Origin: Scenedesmus sp. PABB004
Lineage: Eukaryota
Direction: 5' to 3'
DNA length: 64,000 nucleotides
Assembly (NCBI GenBank): GCA_014905635.1
Contig: JABVCE010000025.1
Location: 434,001 to 498,000, forward strand
In this document: piece by piece, positions 24,860 through 34,294 of the stretch
Layout: each line of letters starts with the position of its first letter
Position numbering within the stretch: the first letter of the stretch is position 1
Translations under genes and position numbers: made by a program
Notes under the pieces: model-generated
Databases searched by the model: none
The model's input: the letters and a program-made list of their open reading frames with translations, nothing else
Told to the model about the DNA's origin: nothing

Positions 24860-26500
24860 CTAGGGCGCGCCCGCGCCGGCGGCGCCGTCGTGCTGCGCGG
24901 CCGCGACGAGCGCGCGCTTGGCCGTGCGGGGCTGCCTCTGCAGCAGCAGCGGCCCCGGCTGCCGCGCCACCAGGCCCTGGCCGGCGTGGCCGCCGGCGGC
25001 CGGCAGCTTGAGCGCACCCCGCTGCGAGTCCTGCAGCGGCTGCAGGCGCTCCGGCTGCTCCTGCTGCGGCTGCGGCGGCCGCAGCTGCGGCTGCACCTCC
25101 GGCGGCTGCAGCTGCGGGCCCAGCTGCGCCCCTGGCGCCTGCCGCGCCGGCGCCGGCGCCGCGCGCCAGAGCGCCTCGGGCTGGACCTCCGGCCGCCACG
25201 GCGCCAGCTGCCAGGGCTGCTGCGGCTCGCAGCGCATGAGGTGCAGCACAGTCACGCGCACAAAGCGCCGCGCGCCGTCGTCGCCGTCGTCGGGCTCCTC
25301 GGCCGCCGGCGGCGGCGGCAACGGCTGGCCGTCGCGGCGCGCGAGGCCGTCGGCGTCGTCGTACTCCGTCATCGGCACGACGGCGAGGTCGAGGCCGCAG
25401 CCCAGCAGCTTGCGCCGCGCGTGCGCAGCCGCGGCGAGCGCGACCGCGACCGCGTCGGGCCCCGCCGCGCGCACGGCGGTGAAGCCCTGCCGGCACACGC
25501 GCGCAAACGCGGCGCGCGCGAGCGCCGGCGCGCTGCCGTAGCGCGCGGCAACGAGCGGGCGGCGCTCAAAGCGCCGCAGCTGTGCCTCCGGCACTCGCGA
25601 CACAAACATCATGATGCCGCTGCTGCTGCCGCCGCCGCCGTCGGCGGGCGCCGCCGCCGCCGCCGCTGCTAGCACGTTGGCGAAGCTGGGCTGGAAGGCC
25701 AGGCCGTGGGCGCCGCTCGCGCTGAGCATCAGTGCGCGCGCGCTGGACAGCGCCGCGACGCCGCGCACGAGCTGCATGCCGCCCCCCGCAGGCAGCAGCA
25801 CGTGGCGCCCCTGCGCCAGGTGCTTGCTGATGGCGGTCGCGTGGTTCAGCTCGCCGCGCCGCCGGCAGGGCCCAAACTTGACCGGCGGCTGCACGTGGAC
25901 GCGCCTGCGCAGCAGTGCGGGCTGCGGCGCCGCCCCAGCCGGCTGCTCCTGCTGCTGCTGCTCCTGCTGCTGCTGCTCCTGCTGCTGGTGCCGCTGCCCC
26001 TGCTGCTGCTGCTGTGCCGCGGCGGGCGCGGGCGCGCGCGGGCTGAGCGCCGCGCCGCCGTCGTGGCGCAGCGCCGGCGGCTGCTGCGCGTGCGCGAGGT
26101 GCGGCGCGCGGCCGCTCGCCGGCCGCGCCGCCTCCGCCTGCTGGGCCGGGTGCGCGATGGGAACGGGCAGCACGTCCGCCAGCGGCGCCGCGATCTCGGC
26201 CGCGCGGCGCGGCGGCGGTCGCAGCGGCCTGCGGTGTGTGGCGGGGGCGGCGCGCGGCGTGAGCGCGCCCGCGCCTCGGGCCGCCGCAGCGCCACGGCGC
26301 GAGAGATCGGGCGGCGTGGGGCGCGGGGAGGCCCCCGGGCGGCGCGCCGGCGGCGGCCGCGCCCCGGCGGCGCGTCCGCGCCACAAGGCTCGTGTGGTGC
26401 GTGCGGGCGGCGGCGCGCACCTCGCCGCGCCGCAGGGCGCATCCCGCAGCGCCGGGCCGGCGGCGCGGCCGGCGACGCCCCGGCCGGCGCAGGGCCGCAT
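24860..26500 (-). CDS. Protein with two SpoVS-like (Alba-fold) domains and a Gln/Pro-rich tail
   Basis: Exons ~26500-26421, 26228-24860. Repeat 2, LVAARYGSAPALARAAFARVCRQGFTAVRAAGPDAVAVALAAAAHARRKLLGCGLDLAVVP, aligns by eye with SpoVS (…AIGAGALNQAVKAVAIARGF…GIDL.CIP). Repeat 1 is ATAISKHLAQG..LPAGGGMQLVRGVAALSSAR..LAFQPSF. Confidence 0.62.
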   Translation of the reverse strand: MRPCAGRGVAGRAAGPALRDAPCGAARCAPPPARTTRALWRGRAAGARPPPARRPGASPRPTPPDLSRRGAAAARGAGALTPRAAPATHRRPLRPPPRRAAEIAAPLADVLPVPIAHPAQQAEAARPASGRAPHLAHAQQPPALRHDGGAALSPRAPAPAAAQQQQQGQRHQQQEQQQQEQQQQEQPAGAAPQPALLRRRVHVQPPVKFGPCRRRGELNHATAISKHLAQGRHVLLPAGGGMQLVRGVAALSSARALMLSASGAHGLAFQPSFANVLAAAAAAAPADGGGGSSSGIMMFVSRVPEAQLRRFERRPLVAARYGSAPALARAAFARVCRQGFTAVRAAGPDAVAVALAAAAHARRKLLGCGLDLAVVPMTEYDDADGLARRDGQPLPPPPAAEEPDDGDDGARRFVRVTVLHLMRCEPQQPWQLAPWRPEVQPEALWRAAPAPARQAPGAQLGPQLQPPEVQPQLRPPQPQQEQPERLQPLQDSQRGALKLPAAGGHAGQGLVARQPGPLLLQRQPRTAKRALVAAAQHDGAAGAGAP

Positions 26501-26809
26501 GGCGAGGGGCTCGCGGCCTCAGGCCTGGGACGCCATCACCAGGCTGTGGGCGTCGCGGCCAACGCTGCGCGAGCGGGGGTGGAGGCCCGTGGCGGGCCCT
26601 GTGGCGTCGCGAGGGAGAGGAGCAGCGCGCGCTGCTGCCGAGCTGCTGCTGCCGACTGCTGCTGCGCGGCGAGCAAGATCTTGCGCCTGCGTGGCCGAGC
26701 GGCGCGCCGGTGTGCTCGTTGGCGCGGAGTCTGCCGGCCGTGCGCGGTCGGGCGGGCGCGCCCTGCCGAGGTCGCAATGCCCTGGTGCCAGGCCCTGCTG
26801 CAACACGCC

Positions 26810-26897
26810 GCCTCAAGCGGCGTCGGCGTCGGCCTCACGCAGCGTCGGCCTCACGCAACGTCGGCCTCAAGCGGCGTCGGCCTCACGCGGCGTCGGC
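26810..26897. repeat. 16-bp tandem repeat (minus-strand GCCGACGYYGCKTGAG) x~5 spanning the GST stop codon
   Basis: Minus-strand reading: GCCGACGCCGCGTGAG GCCGACGCCGCTTGAG GCCGACGTTGCGTGAG GCCGACGCTGCGTGAG GCCGAC GCCGACGCCGCTTGAG. Confidence 0.85.
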
Positions 26898-28289
26898 GCG
26901 GAAGCCCGCCACCCGGATGTCGTCGCTCTCCTTGGCGTAGAACGCGGCGACCTCTGGCAGGCTCGCGACCGACTGGCGGAACGCCTGCGCGACACCCGCG
27001 GCGGCGGCGGCGGCCGGCCGGCGTCAGCGCGCGCGGGGGGGGGGGGGGGGGGGCACGCAGCGGCTGCGGCGCGGCCGGCCGGCCGCGGTCAGCGCGGGCG
27101 GCAGCGGCACGCAGCGGCTGCGCGGGGCGGGCGCGCGCACCTTGAGCGCGGGCCAGCGCGAGAGCACGTCCTTGGGGATGCCGTCCAGCCAGCCGCTCTG
27201 CAGCGTGGAGAGGTTGCAAAACAGCGCGAGGTCGCCGTGCGACAGCGCGTCGCCGGCGACGAACTTGCCGGGCCGTCCCTCCTGCGGCGGCGCCGCGCGG
27301 CGCGTGTCGGGCCCGGGCGCTGCGGCCGGCGCGACGCCGCGGGCGCGCAGCACAGCGGCGCGGCGCGGCGCGCACGATGTGCTTCGACAGCAGGTTGAGC
27401 TTGGTCGTGAGCGCGCCGTCCGGCGCGAGCAGCTCGGCGCGGGCCTTGGCCTTCTCCTCGGCGTCCTTGATCTTGAACGTAGGGTAGAGCGTCTGCGCCC
27501 GCGCGGTCATGGCGGCGTGTGAGCGGCGCGGGGCTCGCGCGCGGCCCTGCCGGAGCCGCCCAGCCCCCCGGCTCGGCGGCGCCGGCCACGCGGGGGGCCG
27601 GGGCGCGCCCCTACCTGCCAAACGTCCTCACAAAAGAAATAGGTCTCGTCGGCCTTGGCTGCCGCCCACGGGTCGGCGGGCAGGAGCCCAGCCTTGGCCG
27701 CGCAGAAGCGGTCTGCGTCGGCGGCGGCGGCGGCGGGAGGGAGCGCGGCGGTGCCCCGTGGGCGGCCCTCGCGGCCGCGCCCATGAGGGGCGCCGGGCCG
27801 CAGCCGCGCCGCCGCGCCGCCGCGCCGTGCCGCCGTGGTGCGCGCACCGATCGCGGCCGACTGCGCCAGCATCTTGCCGTCCACCTCGAGGCAGGGCAGC
27901 TGGCCAAAGGGCGCAGTCGGCTTCAGGGGCCCCCACTCGTCAAACGTGACCCGCTTGTCCTGCGCAGGGGTCCCAGCCGTCGAACGCACGCACGGCGGGC
28001 GGCGCGCCGGCAGCGGCGCAAGCGCTCGCGCCGTCTGCGGTGCCGCCGCACCTCGTGCTCCACCTTGCCGATGGCCAGCAGCAGGCGCGCCACCTCTGCG
28101 CGTCCTGCGAGTCGCGGCGGAGAGCGGAGAGCGAAGGTGCGGCTGTCGGAGCACCTTCGAGATGCGCGATCGCGCCGCCTCCTCCGCGCGCCGATCGCCC
28201 GGGCCTCTCGGCGCGCGTGCCCCACGACGGGCGAATCGGCGGCATCACGCACCTGGCAGCCCAAAGTAAATGAGCTTCAGAGGGGCCAT
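26883..28289 (-). CDS. Glutathione S-transferase (sigma-like), 7 exons
   Basis: MAPLKLIYFGLPGRAEVARLLL, EDKRVTFDEW..LKPTAPFGQLPCLEVDGKMLAQSAAI, GLLPADPWAAAKADE, FVAGDALSHGDLALF, WPALKAFRQSVASLPEVAAFY. All introns are GT-AG. Confidence 0.93.
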
Positions 28290-28687
28290 TGCGTGGCGGC
28301 GGATGCGGCGCTGCTGCGGCGGCGGTGGCTGGCGTGGTGTCGGGGGCGGGCGGCGCTGGCGGGCGACAGTGTCTGGAGCGGGAGGGGCAGCGAGCGGGTG
28401 AAGGGCGCCGGGTTCGTTCGTTACGTCGCCGACGAGTTGACGCCTGCGTGACGCCCCGTCCGCACTTTCTCGCGGTGTCAAAAAAAACCCACGCAATGGC
28501 TGAACAAAACTCGCCACGCACGGTGTGGGGAGGGGTGAACGTGCGGGCACATAAATGGCGCGACACCACGGCTGCCGCGGCAATACAATCTGACCACCAA
28601 TCCCTTCCCATGATGTCCCCCCTCGTTCGCCGCCCGCACGCGCTCACCCGCCGCCAGAGGTCAGCCTCGTCCCCCTGCCCCTGACGC

Positions 28688-31600
28688 TCACCCGCACTTG
28701 GCAAAGCCGCGCCGCGCCGTGGCGGGCGTGGTCTTGCCGGCGGGGCACTTGCGGCAGGCAGCCGCGCCGCGCCGGTTGGAAAAGCGCCCGCCGTTGCAGG
28801 GCTCGGGGTCGGCCGTCGCGCCGCCCTTCTTCGCGTCGGCGCCCTTGCAGGCAAAGCCCTTGGGGCAGGCCTCGCACTGCGCGGTCGCCCGGTCCACGTA
28901 CTCGCCGGCCTTGCACGGCCCCACGCACTTGCCCGCGCAGCCGTCGCACTGGTCAGGGACGCACGTGGCGTTGTTGGGGCAGCGCATGGCCGAGCAAAAG
29001 TCGGCGTTCTTGGGGCAGCCCTTGCGCTTGAGGCCGTTGGCGCAGGGCGCCTTGGGCACGCAGGTCGCGGTGCACGCGCCGCAGTAGCTGCGCGGCGGGC
29101 GGCAGGGACGGGCGGCAGGGGCGGGCGGGGGCGGGCGGGCGGTGGCGGGTCAGGGGCGGCCCTGGGCGCCTCGGCTCGCTGCCGCCGCGTGCGGCGGCCG
29201 CGCGCGCGTTCCGGCGCGCGGCGGCGCAGCCGCGGCGCTGCGCTGCGCGCCGCCGCTCACTCTACGACGCATCGGCTGCTCTTGCCGCACTTGGCCGCGC
29301 GGCAGGGGTTCTTCTTGCCCTTGCACGTGGCAGGCCGCACGGCCTTGCCCCGCGCGCAGCCGCGGTTGGCGACCGCCTCGGGCCGGCCGCCACCGGCCTT
29401 GCCGTCGGCCATGCCGCCCCAGCCGACGGGCGCACCCGGCACCGGCATCGGGTAGGGCCCGCCGTTGTAGCGCCAGTTCGGCGCGCAGTACGCCTCGCAC
29501 GCCCCGTCGCACGAGCCGGCGCGGCACGCCGTGCCGTCGGGGCAGAGCCGGCCGTCGGCGGTGGCGGCGTCGCAGAGCTTGGCCTGGTCGCACTCGACAG
29601 ACGCGTTCTCGCCGGGGCACAGCGGGTTGACCGGCGCGGGCAGCTCCGGCGGCAGCTCCGTGCACAGCGCGGTGCACGTACCGCCGCACGCGAGGTCCGT
29701 GCACGTGGCGCCGTCGCCGCACAGGCCGGGGTCGGCCGCGGCGCAGGGCGAGGCGGTGGCCGAGCCGTCGGTGGTGGCCGAGCCGTCCTGGGCGCAGGGC
29801 TGCGGCGCCGTGCCGTCGGGGCACGTCGGCAGCTTTGCCGGCGGCCGCATGACCGGCGCGCCGGTGAACGACCACCACCACACCGGCCCGCGGTGCACGC
29901 ACTGCACGGCGCATGTGCCGTTGCAGTCCGCCACGGCGCAGCGCTGCTCCTCGGTGCAGGCCAGGCCGGCTGCGGCGCACGCGGCCGCGTCGTCGCCGAC
30001 GCCCGCGAGGGTGCAGGCCTTGGCCACGAAGCCGCCGTCGTTGTGGCACACGCTGGGGGGCGGGACGTATCCTGTGTCCACCACGCAGCGCTGCTTGCAC
30101 TCGCCGTCGCACTCCCATGTTCCGCAGAACTCGCCCTCCGCGCACGAGGCACAGACGTCGGGCGCGCTGTCCTTGCCGCCCGGCTCGCCGCTCGCGCCCG
30201 GCGGCGCAACGCCGGAGCCAGCCGAGCCGTCGCCGCTCGCGTCGGAGCCGTCGTCGAGCGCGCACGAGTGCGCGGTCGTGTTGGGCGCCTTGGCGTCGCC
30301 CGGCAGGCACTGCGGGCGCGTGCGGGGCGGGCGCGTCAGGCGCGTCAAGCGGCGGCGCGCGAGCACACGCGTACGCGAGCGCGACCGCCCAGCTGTGTGG
30401 GCGGCGCTGCGGCGGCTACACCCACCAGGATGGGTCTGTACCAGGGGTTTACGACGCAGCGCACTGAGCACTGCCCGTCCTTGGCGCAGGCGAGCTCGGC
30501 GCAGACCTCGTTGTCCTTGCAGGTGCTGCAGACGTCCCAGTCGGAGCTGGGGCGGTTCCAGACGCTGCAGAACCACGCCGTCGCGCCGCCCTCGGTGCAC
30601 GAGTAGGGGCTCTCGGACGGCTCCGGCGGGAGCCACCACGGGTCCGTCACGCACGTAGGCCCGCACGCGCCGCCGCCGCAGCGAGCATAGATGCAAAAGG
30701 TGCCTGGCGTGGTGCACGCCGACTGGTCGCACGCCCACGTGCCGTCGTCGGGGCCGTCGCAAAACTCGGCGACCTCGCCGCTGCCGGCGCAGGTCTGGGG
30801 CTTGTAGTCGGGGTCTGCCGCGCAGAAGACGCTGCACGTCTCGGCGTCGCCGGTGCCGCACGCCCACGCGCCGCACGCGGTGCCCGCGGCGCAACGCATG
30901 GTCTTGCAGCTGCCCTTGCCCGCGCCGGCGGCCTTGCAGGCCCGCACGCGCGTCACGCCGTCGGGGCAGACGTAGGGCAGCGGGGCGTCCGGTGCGATCG
31001 GGTCAACCGGGTCGACGCCTATGGGGTCTGGGGGCTGCCACCAGGGGTTGGTCACGCACGTGGGCGCGCAGCCCGCGCCGCAGTCCATGGGCGCGCAGAA
31101 GGCGTTGGGCGCGTCGCAGCCCGCGCCACACGCCGACGGGTCAAAGCCGGCGTCGCTCGGGCTGCCGCACTTTTTGGCGATCGTCGTGTTGTCAGGGCAG
31201 ATGTAGCCCGCGATTGGCGGCGGCGACGGCGTCGCGTCGGCGGGCACGCAGCGCGCCTGGCAGCCGGCGTCGCCTGCGTCCGCGGCCGCCGTGGCGCAGA
31301 GGTACTCCCGGCAGACGTGGCCGGGCTTGCAGTCCACCTGCGGCGGCCGCGGCACGCCTGCGGTCGGGGCCCGGGAGCGCCAGGGCGCCCGCGCGACCGG
31401 CGCTGCTGCAGCAGCGGCGCTGCGGGCCACGCCTGCACGCCGCAGCTCACCAGCTCGCACCGCCGCCCGGGCGGCTCGCTGCTCAGGGCGTCGCAGGTCG
31501 TCGCCAGCGCGCCGTCGGAGCACGTGTAGAGCGGGGACTGCAGCGCTTGACTCGTGGAGTCGTCCACGCAAACGGCCTCGCAGCTGCGGGCGCGCGCGGG

Positions 31601-31950
31601 CGGGCGGGCGCGGGGCGTCGGCGGCAGCAGCGCGACTTCCTCGCCGCCGGGTGCCGCCGCCGCCGGGCGCCGCAGCGCCGCTGCAGCGTGTCGTGCGGCC
31701 TCGCCGGATCGGACTGGGCCTGCCGAGCGTGCGGGCGCGGACACGGGCCCTGCCGCCGCGCCGCGCCGCGGGCGCACCCGCAGTCGATGCACCGCTGCCC
31801 GTCGCCGCTGCAGGGCGCCGGCGTCGCCTTGCAGGGCGGCACGCTGCACTCGGGGGTGGGGCCGGTCCAGGGCGTGCACTCGCGGGCGGCCTGGGCGAGC
31901 ACGGCGCTCGCCGCGATGCAGACCGCGAGGACCAATCGGGCCGCCGCCAT
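28688..31950 (-). CDS. Secreted cysteine-rich repeat protein with C-terminal GCC2/GCC3 (ephrin-receptor-like) Cys repeat
   Basis: Exons ~31950-31778, 31583-31451, 31337-30426, 30310-29261, 29087-28688. Signal peptide MAAARLVLAVCIAASAVLAQA; ~10-12 Cys-rich modules; C-terminal CKAGEY....CEACPKG and CNGGRFSNRRGAAACRKCPAG. Confidence 0.8.
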
Positions 31951-32155
31951 GGCGCCCGCTCACGAGCGACGCAGGGGGCCCGGTGGACGCGCTGGCGCGG
32001 GCCGGGCGGCGCAGGGCGGTGGTCGGCGAGAGGGGCGCGCAGAGGTCGTATTCTGCTGCCGGGGATCGCAGGCTGCAGGTTCGGGGAGTCTCCGCTACAC
32101 GCACACTGGCGACGCCGACGGCCGGACGGGGCTTCAGGCCGTCGCCGCCGCGCCG

Positions 32156-33023
32156 CGCCGGCAGTGACGACGCCGGAACCCACGCCGCCGCGGGCGGGCC
32201 GTCGGGCTGCGCGCCCGATCAGCGGCGTGGGGACCTCCCGCAGTCCCTCAGGGCGTCGCGTGCGCGCAGCGGCCGTCACCGGCGCCGCCGCCGCGCTGCT
32301 TGCGCAGGCGCCTGCCCGCGCGCGCGCGCCACGTGCGCCGCGGGTTGAGAGGGCGCGGCAGGCCGCCCTGGGCGCCCCTGCACCCTTCACCGTGCTGCCG
32401 GTGTTCCGCAGCCCCCTCGGCCCGCCCGGCGTTTGACTGGGCGCAGGCGCCCACGCGCACGGCCGCGCCGGGGCCGCCGTGCCGGCGCGCTCGCGGCGGG
32501 CCAGAGCGCCTCGGGCCGCCAGCGCTGCGCAGCATCATGCTGCGGCACGCTCGCTGTCCAGCTCCGGCGACAGCGCAGGGCAGCTCCGCGCCAGCGCTCC
32601 GCTCACGGCGCGCGCCGGCGGCGGCGGGCGCGCACCGATGCCGCCGTCGCGCGCCGTGCGCCGCAGAGGCGGCAGACGCCCGCTGCGAGCGTGTTGGCGC
32701 GAGGGCTTTGCGCCCCGCCGCCCGCTCGGCGGCCTGCCCGCCCGCTCGGCGCTGCGGAGTGCCCAGATCGGCGCGCGCGCACAGGAGCCGTCCCCGATCA
32801 GCCAGGCGGGCGCTCGCGAGCCAGCCGGCCCGCGCACTCCATCGGCGCGGTCAAACATCGCCGCGCGCCCCCGGATGCCCCGCGGAGCGTCTGCGGCCCG
32901 CCGACGCGTCGCCCGGCACCGCCCGCACCCGCTCGGCCGGCACGCGGCGCGCCCCCGCCCCGCGCGACGCGCCGGGGCCGTCGGGCAAGGTGTCGCCCCG
33001 CACGCGCGCCATGCCGGCCAGCA
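32156..33023 (+). repeat. Left arm of ~870-bp inverted duplication (copy of MYB upstream region + first 4 codons)
   Basis: Reverse complement of 36450-37319. I counted ~6 substitutions and one 2-bp indel. The identical 107-aa ORFs at 32535-32858(-) and 36615-36938(+) confirm it. Confidence 0.97.
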
Positions 33024-34294
33024 ACGGGGGTGCGCCGGTCAGCGTGCGGCGGCGGGAGCGCCGCCGTGGCGCCGCGGCGAACCTGTTACATCTGCGCCGC
33101 GGGGCATCGTCGTCGTCGGGGGCATGTCACATGATGTGGGTCGTCCGCGCGCGTGCTGTTCACAGACCAAGTACAGGGGGGGTCGTCGTCGGGCCAAGTT
33201 CTGGTCCTGCGTCGGGTCACCATATCATCATCGCCGTCGTGCACGCCGCCGCCGCTGGGGGCACACAGGGAACAGGGGGAGAGACAGCTGCGGGCGCGCC
33301 GATCGTGGCGCGCCAAACTCCTGGACACGTGTGGGCCCTCCTCCGCGTGCAGCGCGTATGTGCAGGCTGCCTGCAACAGTCAACACACCACACCACAGCG
33401 GAGCCGGCGGGGCGCCCGCGCGCCCCGCCGCGCTGTGCAAGGCACAGGCACATCGCGGGCGCGCCGCCCGGCGGGCGCCTGCTGCTGCCGGGCCGGGGGC
33501 TGCGCGCCCGGGTCAGCTGCGGTCATAGGCAAGCATGCTCGTGCACGCGCGTCAACACCGACAGCCCAGGCCCCGCCCGCGCCGCGCCTTGCACGCAGGC
33601 GCAGCACGCAGGGGGGAAAGCGAGGGAGAGAACGGAGAGAAAGCGAGAGGCGCGTGCTCGCCCAGCGGCGCGCGTGGCAATCGTCCGGCCGCGCCGCGCG
33701 TGGGGCAGTCCGAGCTGCCGCGCCCTCCCGGCCCTGGCCCCGCCGACTGTCCGGTCAGCCGCCCGCCTCCAAGCTGCTGCCGCGCGCCCCGGGCGCGTCG
33801 GCCCCACGGGGCGCGCGGTCAGGCTCCTAGGAGCTACGGCGGCACCTGCAATCACGTCAGGTTGGGCGTGGCGGGCGCGCGCGTGCGCATGGATGGCGCA
33901 GCAGCAGGAGAGCGGGCCGCCGCGCCGCCAGTCAGGGGGTCTGTCGTGCGTGCCTACAGCAGAGAATAAGAAGCAGCAGCAAACCATGCACGCGCCGAGG
34001 GTCGTGCCCCGCGCTGCCGGCGGCAGGCGGGCGCGCGCTGGTAGGGAGCGCCGCGCCCGCCGCCACCGCCAGGCAGCCAGGGCGCTCGCGCCGCGCCGCG
34101 CCGCACCCGCCGCGGAGTTTAGGAAAGGGACCGTTCAAGGACGGAAGTGCACGCACAAGCACAAGCCTCGCTCAGCACCCACACGCAACGCCGCGCGGTG
34201 CCTGCGCGGCCAGGGCCCTGCCGCCCCGACCCCTCCCCGAGCACACGCATGCCCCCCCCCCCCCCCCCCACCGGGCGCCACGCCCACGCTGCGC

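Noticed and set aside
26810..26897. Short repeat array as a possible CRISPR
   Set aside because: Units are contiguous with no unique spacers, there are no cas genes, and the context is eukaryotic.
28290..28691. Possible splice from the Cys-rich gene (GG|GTGAGC at 28691) to an acceptor at ~28444, in frame with GST (fusion)
   Set aside because: The frame is compatible, but GST has its own typical N-terminus and the linker looks non-coding. A stop at 28688 is simpler; cDNA would be needed to test it.
28688..28700. Terminal Cys-Gly-TGA as selenocysteine
   Set aside because: No recognisable SECIS downstream, and the protein is not a redox-family member.
33120..33240. TGATGA C-box-like motifs in lower-GC patches (also ~5704, ~20778, ~46638) as snoRNAs
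   Set aside because: No properly spaced CTGA D box with a terminal stem or recognisable guide; more likely UTR or intergenic sequence.
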